A stretch of 64,000 nucleotides of DNA from Orbicella franksi (lineage: Eukaryota), in contig OZ116701.1 of assembly GCA_964199315.1 (NCBI GenBank), positions 7,192,001 through 7,256,000 on the forward strand, given 5' to 3'. The position numbers were made by a program, and so were the translations under genes. Positions 1-10,770 of the stretch are shown here, piece after piece (the stretch's first letter is position 1; every line of letters starts with the position of its first letter). The notes beneath the pieces were generated by a model, which made no database searches, was not told the DNA's origin, and saw only the letters and a program-made list of their open reading frames with translations.

Positions 1-1178
1 GTGTACATGTGAAAAGAAAAGAGCTTCAAAACGCATGCGATTCACGGTCCTCAAACCTTTAAGGAACCTTATAGAACCCTAAGATCTCTTCACCGTAGGT
101 GGTTTTTATAGTAAGGCTGGGGAAAAGGGATTTGTGAGCGACGGAGAAACACTTAATTTCCATGAGTATTCACGCTGAGAACAAACGCTCAACCCTACCA
201 TTCCTCATCGCATGCATACAATGTACTATCCATCTCTCTGTCTTCACAAAGTGCTCAAAAACTTGAGTAAACAATACACAGATATAAGCGACAACTGCTT
301 ATTATGACTGCTTTGAAATTTTCTTTTCTTTTAATACAATCAAAATAAACTTAACGACACTCCTCTGGTGCTGGCGTGACTTTTCGGTGACAATACAACT
401 AACATTACATACATATAAATGTATGATAGATTCTTATGCAAATTAGGGGATCTAAATGGGGAGCGTAATGTCTGGAGTATTGAAAAGGGTGTTAAAGAAA
501 TTCCACCCTAGTGTAAGAGTTTTTTTCTCCGAAGTTTTCCTTCTCCCTCTGCCATCTTCTTTCTTGTCTTACTCTTCATACATTTTTTTCCTGATCGTTT
601 GGAGTGATTTTTAAGCCTTAAGAAGTCGAGAAGTCCAAGTGTCTATAGCTCATTTGGTGTAAAAGATGGAACTTTTCTTTAACAACCTGCTCATAAATCT
701 GCTCATATTATGTATATGTCTATAAAATAGGAAAAAAATATAATGAAAATTAAATTTCGTCATTACAGTAAATGTTTAATAATATGAGAATGATAAAGAT
801 GCTCATGGAGGTAAAATCTAAAAGAAGAGGAAGACTTTGTTGTCAAGATTGCTTCAGATATTTACTAAGGACTACCTCTAGTGTCATCAGAGTCCATAGT
901 CACTTTCAAGGAACCCGAAAATTCTGTGTTGGTTAAAACAATTTTAAGTCGAGACATTGGTATTTGTAATATATTCCACCCGGAAAGTCTTAAACCGACT
1001 TTATTGCATTCAGTTGTTGGATTTTGCAAAACTGAAACGTTTTTTTATCATGGATAAGTCCAGAAAATCACCTGGCTTCTCCGTATTCAAGGTTTCGTTC
1101 GAGAAATCACATGGTGCGTATGACTAAATTTGGTTATTCCCCTGACTTTGAATGTTGTTTTGTTTTGTTCACGGCCCT

Positions 1179-2195
1179 CTAGGAAGGAATGGCGAAGTTT
1201 GCCTTAACCTTAAATATTCGACAAAACAACTTGTCAAGGAGACTTCTAAGACCTTGGCGATAGTTTCCACTGAAGATAAAACAGATACAAGGGTTCATGG
1301 CACAACTTGCGCTGGCAATAATCTGGACAACAAACCAATAGCGCACGGTGCCACATGAAGGCGAACTAGTGTGGTCCCACCCGAAGGTCGAAAGAAAAGT
1401 TAAAACACTGACAGGCAACCAGCATATTACAAACACTGAAACAATGGTAATGGCCATCTTTAACACGTTTCTTTGCTTTTTTGCCCGTAGGTTTTCAGTG
1501 TTGATCGATTGCTCGCCTGGGAACTTCTGTGTCTTGAGCTTAAAAAGAATGATTGAGTAAAGAATGGTCATCAATGCAAAAGGGATAAATACTTCTATTA
1601 TAGACAGCACTATAATGTAATTTTGAAAAAAATGATATGAAGAATCATCAAAAACTTCATTCCAACGGACCTCACAAGCCAGCTTTTCTGGATACTCAAC
1701 AAATTTATAGACCAAGTAATGTGGAAACTGGGTAGTTATCGCGAAGATCCATGTGACAAGAATCAAGAAAGGACATAACTTTGGACCGATTAGTGCTGAA
1801 CGGAGGGGAAATACCACAGCTCCAAATCGATCCACTGCTATCAGAACCAGGTTCTGGATAGACACTGCAACGGAGACAACTGTTGCGAAGGAAACTATTT
1901 TACATAAGGTGTGGCCAAGAGTACCATGTATCAGCCATGAGTCGCTGTTAAGCCCTGTTAGTTCCCATGTAAAGGCGAAAACCGAAAAGAGCAGATCAGA
2001 CATAGCCATGTTAACGATGAAAAAGTTAATAGTTTTTCTCATGGTTTTGGTCTTGTAGACAATTATTGCGACGAAAGAATTTCCAGCAAGCGAAGCAACA
2101 AGAATAATGCTGTAAGCAACGGTACTTCCGATATTTACTGCTTTCAGACTATCGGGACTGAGACAGTTCGACGTTGTGTTCATGCTTAGCAACAT
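1179..2195 (-). CDS. Intronless rhodopsin-family (class A) GPCR, neuropeptide-receptor-like, 338 aa
   Basis: Seven hydrophobic segments; N-terminal NTT glycosylation site; TM1 GNSFV, TM2 NMAMSDLL, TM3 DRF, TM6 CWLP, TM7 NPCICF. A second possible ATG is at 2183. The ligand class cannot be assigned from sequence. Confidence 0.93.
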   Translation of the reverse strand: MLLSMNTTSNCLSPDSLKAVNIGSTVAYSIILVASLAGNSFVAIIVYKTKTMRKTINFFIVNMAMSDLLFSVFAFTWELTGLNSDSWLIHGTLGHTLCKIVSFATVVSVAVSIQNLVLIAVDRFGAVVFPLRSALIGPKLCPFLILVTWIFAITTQFPHYLVYKFVEYPEKLACEVRWNEVFDDSSYHFFQNYIIVLSIIEVFIPFALMTILYSIILFKLKTQKFPGEQSINTENLRAKKQRNVLKMAITIVSVFVICWLPVSVLTFLSTFGWDHTSSPSCGTVRYWFVVQIIASASCAMNPCICFIFSGNYRQGLRSLLDKLFCRIFKVKANFAIPS

Positions 2196-2345
2196 TGTGG
2201 TAGGGTTGGTGCGTTATTTGCCCAAGATCTTGGCTAAAAATTCCACTAAAACTTGTAAGAAAACAGGTTCAACACATTGGACGTAGCCGAGCGACAGCTG
2301 CTAATCAGGGGCAGCAGACGATGTGATGAAATAGACTGTTTTGCA

Positions 2346-2353
2346 TTTATATA
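2346..2353 (-). promoter_or_regulatory. Candidate TATA box of the GPCR gene
   Basis: Minus strand reads TATATAAA about 150 bp upstream of the ATG; no transcript evidence. Confidence 0.35.
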
Positions 2354-2891
2354 GTTTTTTGCCGCTTTATTTAATTTCCACCGAAATAACGTTATTGACG
2401 TTGGAGTAGGGAAATTGCCACGGATGTTATAACTGTAGAAAGGAATTATGTTGCAAAGTCAATAAGAAAAATATTAATTTACTCTGTTTACAGAAGAATA
2501 AGTGATTTCTTTTCTTTTTTCAAATGCGATCTAAAAGAACAACGTGAAAAGCAATCTAATTCACTGTTGGTCCAATCGAGTACCGAGAGACCTGACATTG
2601 TTAAAATTTCGAGAGTGCCTTCTTGCGGGATTGCTTATAGTTTTATTTTTCAGTGTTCTCCATGCTGTCAAAGATTACAGAGCAACATTGAGATGCGAAA
2701 AAAATCAAGGGGAGAGAAAGATCATGTGACTAAACTAAGGCGCACTCAATTTTCGCGAAGCCATAACTGTTATCACTCAATGTTTTCACTTTTCGCTGTG
2801 TAATCTGTCAGGATTAGGACCGATTCTGTCCAGGACCGTTGTATGTCTAGTGTTCAAACTATTTATTCACTTATTTGATTCAAAATATGTC

Positions 2892-3809
2892 TGACCCATT
2901 TTCCCAAGTATGAACCTTTTTTTTTTCAAGTTTGACCCTTATTTCCAAGTGTGTCCCCCTTTTACCAAGTTTGGCCTATTTTTCAAAGTGTGACCCATTT
3001 TTCCAAGTGTGACCCATTTTTATAACCGTGACCCATTTTTCCAAGTGTGACCCATTTTTACAAGTTTGAACCATTTTTCCAACTGTGAACCATTTTTCCA
3101 AATGTAACCCATTTTTCCAAGTGTAACCCATTCTTGTAAGTGTGACCCACTTTTCTAGGTGTGACCCATTTTTCCAAGTGCTACCTGATTTTCCAAGTGT
3201 GGCCGATTTTTCCAAGTGTGACCCATTTTTTGAAGTGTTACCTTTTTCCAAATGTTTCCTATTTTTACAAGTTTGACCCATTTTTACAAGTGTGACCGTT
3301 TTATCCAAGTGTTACCCCCTTTTTCCAAGTGTGACGCATTTTTCCAAGTGTGACCTATTTTTCCAAGTGCGATTCGTTTTTTCAAGTGTGACCCATTTCT
3401 CCAAGAGTGACCCATTTTCCCAAGTGTTATCTATTTGTCGAAGTGTGAGCCGTTTTTCTACTTGGTACCCATTGTTCCAGGTGTGACCCATTTTTCCAAC
3501 TGTGACCCACTTTTCTAAAAGTCACCATTTTTTAAAATGTGACCCATTTTTCCAAGTGTGACTCATTTTTCCAAGTGTTGCTTACTTGTCTAAGTGTGAT
3601 CCTTTTCTCCAAGTGTGACCCATTTTTCCAAGTTTGACCCATTTTTACAAGTGTGAAACCCTTTTTTCCAGGTGTGACCCATTTTTCAAAGTTGAGCCAC
3701 TTTTCTAAAAGTGACCCATTTTTCAAAGTATTACCTATTTTCCCCAATGTGACCCATTTTTCCAAATGTGAACATTTTTTCCAAGTGTGATCCATTCTTT
3801 CAAGTGTGG
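2892..3809. repeat. Tandem minisatellite, ~20-bp unit (consensus TTTTTCCAAGTGTGACCCAT)
   Basis: Dozens of degenerate head-to-tail copies; the source of the spurious WKNGSHLEKWVT-type ORFs in the track. Confidence 0.95.
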
Positions 3810-4339
3810 AACTCCCTGGACAAGAAAGTAGTTATCAAATTATTTCTTGGCAACTACTTAAGTTGAAAAAGGAACTTTCAGCAAGGTTTGATAAATTTTT
3901 GTCAGAGTGAATAGTGATCATTTTTTCCTATAATTACTTAGCAGAGCGAACACCAAATGATCTAATAAAGAAGGATGATGAATCCACGCATCGGCTCGCA
4001 ACATATTTTGTTCCAGACACCTGATAGGGACGCCGCTTCACAAGTATTAGTTGAAATTTCATCATAATCTAAATAAGAAAATCCGTTGTTGAAGTTAAGA
4101 TATCATGCCTCTATTGTTTTGCTCAATAAATCTTTTGTTTAGTGAAGCTCCCCTTGCCGTACGTCTTCGTGGTTTGCTTAAGCTCCCAATAACGGGCGAA
4201 CGCCAAATAATCCAACAAAGAACGGTGATGAATTCACGCAACGGGTCTCAACACTTTTTTTTTTCAGCCATCAAATAGTGTTCGTTGAAATTTCACTAAA
4301 ATTTAGATAATTAAATCTGTTATTGAAGCTGAAATATCA

Positions 4340-4465
4340 GGGAGTGGGGAAGGTGCAGAGCAGTGGTGAAAGCATTTATATCAGTTCCACCAATGTGGCC
4401 CAGTTTTCAACTAATCCCGCTCACGGAATCATCTGTGGGTTGAGTTTGTTGTTGGTTCTTGTCCT
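4340..4465 (+). mobile_element. 5' fragment of a tRNA-derived SINE
   Basis: Box-A-like GCAGTGGTGA, degraded box B, then GTGGGTTGAGTTTGTTGTTGGTTCT, which resembles cnidarian SINE bodies. Confidence 0.45.
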
Positions 4466-6132
4466 CAAATATTAGACCTTTTATTCCTATATGACTGGCA
4501 TTAAAATAATCATTTTGTTTTTGGATTGAATCATTAACAGCCGAGAAATTCGCAATTATGTGCAATGTGCTCACACATTCTCTGTAATGGTGTTCCCATA
4601 CATGCTCTGTAATTTAACAATATATTTTTCTAGCTTGAGTAATAGAGCTAGCTATAGATCTGAAATTTAGCAGACATCATCTCTGCATTATTCACTAATT
4701 AATTTGTTTTTGGATTGAATTTTATTTGTTTCTATGTCTCGATGTGCTGAACGATATCATGAGTGTAACGGTCACAATGATGGTCTTTCTAGCAAGCAGA
4801 CTCTAACTTGGAGTTACCACTTGTGAGTCTCTAGTTTAGAATTTCTCTTATGAAGCACGAAATTCCAAATCAAAATTACCGCTCGCAGGTTATGATTCTC
4901 TTTTCTCTAAGAATCAATGTGTCATTTACCACAGTTATAGGTCAGTGTTAAATGTACCATGCGGAGTCCCAATTGATGGTCCTCCCAGCGAGCCTCTGAG
5001 TCTCTCAAGTACGAAATCCCAAATCAGCAGAATTCCCGCTGGTAGGCTATCGGGTTCTTCTTCCTGTAAGAGTTAATATGTTATCTACCAACAGTTAGGT
5101 TAGTCTTAATGGATAAAGTCCACCATAGAAGGTAGAACCACATCACCCGTTTAGAGGCTTTGGTCTCTTTATCAGAAACGATGAATGCCTTTGAATGTGT
5201 CATCTACTGCTTTTAGAAAGCAAATTGCAAAGACATCTCTTTTTCCCAATAAGTCTGTTCGTGTTTCAAGTGATGTAATTCTAATAATGGTCACATTGAC
5301 AGTTCTCCTAGCGAGCAGACGCTCTGGTTTGGAATTCCTCGCATTAAACGTGGAATTCCAAACTAGATCACCTCCTCACAAGCTTTGTTTCTCCTTCCAA
5401 TAATAAATGATAAATTTTCTGCAAAATCACTCGGTTTTCTCCATGCGCGTGTTGACTACGTGTGCGAAATAATATCACTTGTAGTTTCTGGCATGAAGCG
5501 AGAAATCCATCGTAGGAAAAACGATGGCGGCTGCACATTTTACCACAATGCCCTGAGAGCCTACCACAGCCTATAAGGCACAAAGAAAGCCAATTTCTTT
5601 TACAGTATTCGTCCCTGTTCCAAGGACATTAAGTAGCCTAGGTTTGAAGATTTTATAACGTTTCCGTACGTTTTAGTGAACGTTATTAAGGTTTTCGTGC
5701 GCTAGGAACTATGGGTAAATGCACCAGTCGCCATCTTTATTTCTACGGAGGATTCCAAACCAGAATTCCGGCTCCTATGGTTCTCCCTCCTGTAAGAGTT
5801 AATCTGTATTCTACCACAGTTAAGTTAGTTCTAATGAATAAAGTCTACCATAGAACCACATCACCCGCTTACATTCTTTAGTCTCTTTATCAGAAACGAT
5901 GAATGCGTTTAGTTAAATGTGTTATCTACTGCTTTTAGAAAGCAAATGTCAAAAACATCTGTTTTTTCCACTGACTATGTTCGCGTGTTAAGTGACGTAA
6001 TTCTAATAACGGTCACATTGACGGTTCTCCTAGCGAGCAGACGCTCTGATTTGGAATTCCTCGAATTTAAAGTGGAATTGCAAACCAGATCACCTGCTTG
6101 TAATTCAATCTGTCATCTAAGTCTAGTAGATG

Positions 6133-6159
6133 TTATTATTATTATTATTATTATTATTA

Positions 6160-6191
<32 letters not shown>
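6133..6191. repeat. (ATT)n microsatellite
   Basis: Nearly perfect trinucleotide run. Confidence 0.98.
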
Positions 6192-7546
6192 GTACCGCAA
6201 CAAACCTGGATGTGCAAATTGCCACAGTTCAACCCCATCACTGAGCTTACTATTGTTACTCGTATAGTTCTCCTAGTACACTATTGCAAATTACATAATC
6301 TAATTGGTTAACAACGCACAGGTCGAAACGATTTTCCTCGACCTCAAGTTTCAAAGGTATTTTACCTGAGTGTTGCTGTGCTGAGCGATATAAGTCTAAC
6401 GGTCACATTGATGATCCTCCAGTCAGCAACTGAAACTCTCTTGTTTGCGGTTTCTCACCTGAAGCTCAAAATTCCAAATCATAATTCCTGCTCGCAGACT
6501 ATAGCCCTCTTTCTTCCAACAAACCATGAATCTGGTTAAATTTGTCAACTACCGGTAGTGGATGCAATTATGTAATTAAGTCATCTGTAGCTCCTAACAC
6601 TACACTACAAATAGACTCCTTCGTTTTCTGATGAAGTGTCAGTGTGTCAGATGAAAGTCTATTGCTACAATTGGTGGTCCCCTAGCGAGCAGACTCTGAT
6701 TTGGAATTTCTCGCATGAAGCATGGAATTCCAAATCAGAATCCCCGCTCGCAGTCTTTGGTTTTCCTTTCTCAACATGTTAAGAATCAATATGTTATCTA
6801 CCACAATTAGGTCAGTCTTAGTGTGTCTTCCCTTAACCGTCATCCATAGCTAGGAAACTATATCACGAAGGGACTCCCTCGTTTTCCGAATGTGAAAACA
6901 ATGAAAGTTTACCGCTCGAATTGATGGTCCTCCTAGCGAGCCCAGTCTCTGGTTTGGAATTTCTCGTATGGTACAAGAAATTCCAAATCAGAATTCCCGT
7001 TCACGAGCTATGGTTCCTTCCTCCAAGAGGCAATCTGTCATCTACCATAGTAAGGTCAGTCTTAGTGTGTCAGTGTCTCTAAAATGATGAAAGTCCAGTT
7101 CTCCAACTGATGGCTTTCCTCACGAGCAGACTTTCTGCTTTGGAATTTCTTGCATGAAGCACGAGATTACAAACCAGAAATCCTTCTCGCAGGCTTCTGG
7201 TCTTGCCTCAAACGAGGAACCATGAACTCAGTTGCATCTGTCATCTACAGCTTGCAAACTACGCTACATTCAATTAGACTCCGTCGTTTTCTGATGAAGT
7301 GTCAGTGTGTCAAATAAAAGTCTATTGCCCAGCTGATGGTCCTCCTAGCGGGCAGACTCTCTGGTTTGGAATCTCTTGCATGAAGCACGAAATTCCAAAT
7401 CAGAATTCCAGTGTTAAGGTACCGGTGTCAGTGTCTCAGATAATGAAAGTCCAACGATCTAATAGCGAGTGGAATCTCTGATTTGGATTTCCTTGCATGA
7501 AGCTTTCCTTGCATGACGCCTTCCAAAATAGGATTGACGGTTATCC

Positions 7547-7881
7547 TAGCCTGCAGTGCAGGCTTAGTTTTTGGTGCGCGGGTGCACATTTTCGTATTAG
7601 GCCGCCATCTTGAATTTAGTAACTGTGGAGGATTGGGGCGAAGAAATATTTGCCGAGGGAGTAGGCGTGAACTGGAAATATGGGCAAGGAGGGAGGGGAA
7701 AGTAAAAACTATATCGAGTGCACCACCCCTACCCTACCCACCCCCGGCCTCTGCACCAACACTCCACCGGTCAAGCATCCAATTACAATCCAAGATGGCG
7801 GCATTAATTGGAAACCTGATTTTATTATTACTATCTAACGTTCCGCTCCAAAATAACGCCTGTACTGCAGTCTGCAGGCTA
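7547..7881. mobile_element. Non-autonomous DNA transposon (MITE) with TAGCCTGCAG termini and a 9-bp TSD
   Basis: Starts TAGCCTGCAG, ends CTGCAGGCTA; CGGTTATCC is duplicated at 7538-7546 and 7882-7890; interrupts a unit of the tandem array. Confidence 0.85.
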
Positions 7882-9048
7882 CGGTTATCCTAGCGTATTG
7901 ACTCTCCGGTATGGAATTTCTCGCATTATACGTGGAAAATCGAAGCCAAATCACATGCTACCAGGTTCTATGTCCACCAGACGACGATAAATCTGTTACA
8001 AAGAAAAAACACACCAGTAGTCTTTTTTTATGTGCGTGTTGACTTCTTGTGTCTTATGATACAAGTTTAATGTTTGAATTATATTGAGGTCCTGCAAAGA
8101 AGACTCTGGTTTTTCGTTTCTCGCAAGAAATGTGAAATTCCAAACCAGAATTCCTGCTTGAAAGCTATGGCCTTCCTTCCTCAAACAAACGGTGAATCTG
8201 GTTAAATTTGGTATCTACTGCTATTAGAAAGTTCAATTCAAACACAATTCCTCTCTTTTTTCACGAGTGTGTTACTGCGTGGAATGAAACATATCTAACG
8301 GTCACATTGGTGGTTTTCCAAGCTCGATCGTTCTCTCTGGTTTAGAATTGCTCGCATGAAACGGTAAAAGGCAAATCAAATAAACTGCTCACATGCTATT
8401 GCCCTCCTTCCTCCAACAAGCTTCCAACAAATGATGAATCCCGTCGAATCTGTCATCTAAAGGAATCGCTTGAAACAATCTCGTGTTACCCCGGCACTAG
8501 TTTTGAAGGGGGAGGTAGCTATTATACTGCTCCGGCTCTAGTACTACTCTGTAGTAGTGATGAAGGTCTTCCAGGTTGCTAAGTATCAAGATGTTGCGAC
8601 AGGACAACTTTTCTTATGCCTTAGAGTGGTTGCCATCGCCGTTGGTAGAAGAGGGGTATTGCCCACTTCCCAGGCTTGAACTCCGGAGGCAGAAAATTAA
8701 ACAACGCAAAGATTTTGACCCCATGGAAAATTCGAATTCAGATTTCATGCAGATTTAGCGAGAAAAACCACGCCGATTGCTGTAAGATTGATCAAAGAAT
8801 TCCTCTGGACAAGGTCTAAGGCTGAGTTCGCACGCTAAGGTGATATCTTTGACTGTCATCAAAGATTAACAAATACCATACATAACAATGCAAACTTAAC
8901 ACGCTTTAACGCTACACGTGTCGGTTGAAGTTGTAGGAGCATCTGCGACAAATATTTTTGCAGCTGAAACTTATTTATAACTTTCCTTAACAGGCTTCAA
9001 GGCTAAACAGGAAACAACTGGAGAGGTGTTTCCACATACAAGTTAAAT

Positions 9049-9248
9049 TAGCCTGCGTAGCAGCCGTTTCCTTTCCTTTTCCAGGTGGAGTGATCGTACA
9101 AGCGAGCAAGCAAGCGGGCGAGCGAAAACGCAGGCCTGGGGTGAGCAAGAAACTGGGGAGAAGTGGAGAGGGGATGCTTATTTTTCGCGCTCACTCGCAG
9201 TTTCGTTCCCTTCGCGTGCTTTTTTGGAAACGCCTGCTACGCAGCCTA
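9049..9248. mobile_element. MITE with TAGCCTGCGTAG termini and a 9-bp TSD
   Basis: TAGCCTGCGTAGCAG ... CTGCTACGCAGCCTA; flanks AAGTTAAAT (9040-9048) and AAGTTGAAT (9249-9257), 1 mismatch. Confidence 0.85.
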
Positions 9249-9914
9249 AAGTTGAATTTGGACTTACAAGTTCAAAATCAAGCATGAACTCGTATTCGCG
9301 TGAGCTTATGATGCATGTTATGGTGTTGCATCTAAATACTCATTACCAAGACATAACAACATCAAGTCGAGGGGGATGCGTGTGTATCGTCAAATATGCG
9401 TTTCTGATTCTGACAGCAGTCCTTCAAACGTGATTTTTCTTTTTCGTCATGTGTTTACGTATCATATTCCGCTAGTTGAGACAAGACATTCGGAGCAATT
9501 TGATTTTCGATGTCCTCAGGCTAGCTTACAGATGTTGCTGGCGGTTATCAGTTGCCTCGTTAACGATGAAACCGTCATTTTGTGGTGGTGGAAACAGTAG
9601 TTCGACGAGTCAGTTTTAATCAATAACGCTGCCAGACTGGGACATAGGAAAGCAGCTTCGCCGTATCCAAAGACTGGGTCAGCATAAGGTTTGGATTTGA
9701 AGCAGCAGCTTTCGGGATCTTTTAATATTGGAATGCTTTTAATGTCTTTTATATCAAGATTTAGTTTGTTTTCTGTCGTTCGTTGGTTTTTAGCTTGAGT
9801 GTTCTAGGTATTGTAACATTTTTTATTTATTTTTGTGACAAAATAATTATTGTTTCAGAATCGATTATCTATTATTGAAGTAATTATAAAATTATATTAA
9901 TTGCCGGGTTCTCA

Positions 9915-10107
9915 TGTTCTCGTGTTATAAGTCAAGATTTCGTGATATAACAGCTCGAGATCTCGAGTTAGTAAAGCGAAATGTCGCAATATAACTCGAA
10001 ATCTCATGTTACTAAGTCCAGATCTCGCGTTATTAACAGGAGATCTCACATTGTAAGTCGAGATCTCATGTTACTAAGTCGAGATCTCGTGTTATAAGTC
10101 GAGATCC
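9915..10107. repeat. ~22-bp minisatellite with palindromic core TCGAGATCTCG
   Basis: Repeated TCGAGATCTC(G/A)TGTTA(C)TAAG units; probably internal to a decayed DNA element. Confidence 0.75.
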
Positions 10108-10273
10108 CAAATTAAATCAACAGTAATTTTTTGGCTATAAAAAAATATACTCATATCCAGATGGCCCCTACGGGCCACCGTCGATTTCAGTCTTTACAAA
10201 GGTAGTATTTTAAAATAAAAATACTTGTGGGCGGCACGCAGGAACAACTAATGATCTTGGACAACTGAGTTTA

Positions 10274-10318
10274 TTAATCGACCGGTTTCGTCTGCTAGTG
10301 AGACTTCGTCAGGATTAA
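10274..10318 (-). ncRNA. Minimal type I hammerhead ribozyme in a Penelope-like terminal repeat / retrozyme remnant
   Basis: Minus strand: TTAATC (stem I) CTGACGA A GTCT-cactagc-AGAC (stem II) GAAA, palindromic ACCGGT (stem III), GTC cleavage triplet, GATTAA (stem I'). AATAAA follows immediately and TATAAAA lies ~30 nt upstream. Confidence 0.8.
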
Positions 10319-10681
10319 ACTACAAGATACAAAGATGGAACTTATTTTATACTAAATATTGGTAGTACAAAGTACGCTCCCGCTGTAGGGTGTGAACAAC
10401 AAGACACCCACAAGAAATACGTGCAGGCTATGACTAAAATCCTGCGCGAGAAAATGTCTAATGAAATGTAAGCGGAGCTCACGGATTTAACGTTAAAAAA
10501 TGTTTTCTTCTCCAAGTGAAGGAACAAATGTTTGGCTGCCTTAAGTGACGTAAATAACTTCTAGCGCCTTTTTCGTACCTAAAACAAACATTTTTGTTTG
10601 CTACTTAGTGAAATCAACGCTCAGCGCTACCTTTTCCTCTAAAACGAACTTATAGTTCTTTCCCTCGGCTGATATACTAGA

Positions 10682-10770
10682 CCTAACCCTAACACTAACC
10701 CTAAACCTTAGGATTAGGCTTAGATCTAACCCTAATGCATAGCTTAGTGTTAGGTAATAATAACCCTAGC
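10682..10770. repeat. Degenerate telomere-like (CCCTAA/TTAGG) repeats in mixed orientation
   Basis: CCTAACCCTAACACTAACCCTAAACCTTAGGATTAGGCTTAG...TAACCCTAG. Confidence 0.6.

Larger units (their letters stand above)
3950..8465 (+). repeat. Degenerate tandem array, ~150-400-bp (often ~250-bp) units, core palindrome TTTGGAATTTC-N13-GAAATTCCAAA
   Basis: Core or half-core recurs near 4859, 5013, 5352, 5750, 6073, 6469, 6724, 6977, 7164, 7389, 7935, 8135 and 8365, each with similar flanks (CCTAGCGAGCAGACTCT before, CAGAATTCCCGCTCGCAG after). The 3950-4340 tandem pair shares the AACAAA..TGAAT motif and is included tentatively. Confidence 0.8.

Noticed and set aside
840-900. CTGATGA on the minus strand near 873-880 as a hammerhead
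   Set aside because: No GAAA after the candidate stem II. CTGACGA at 11226 and CTGATGAG in the SINE tail at ~51099 were rejected for the same reason.
2976-3795. ORFs 2976-3308, 3292-3486 and 3532-3795 with repeated WKNGSHLEK motifs
   Set aside because: Translations of the 20-bp satellite; the period is not a multiple of 3 and motifs appear in all frames.
5919-6311. 130-aa ORF with a poly-Ile hydrophobic stretch
   Set aside because: Produced by the (ATT)n microsatellite within the repeat array.
4700-8465. CRISPR-like array of palindromic repeats
   Set aside because: Repeats are degenerate, the intervening sequences are homologous to each other and far too long, there are no cas genes, and the context is eukaryotic.
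9620-9790. Open minus-strand frame KLNLDIKDIKSIPILKIPKAAASNPNLMLTQSLDTAKLLSY
   Set aside because: No start, no convincing splice sites and no recognisable domain; cannot be supported without a search.
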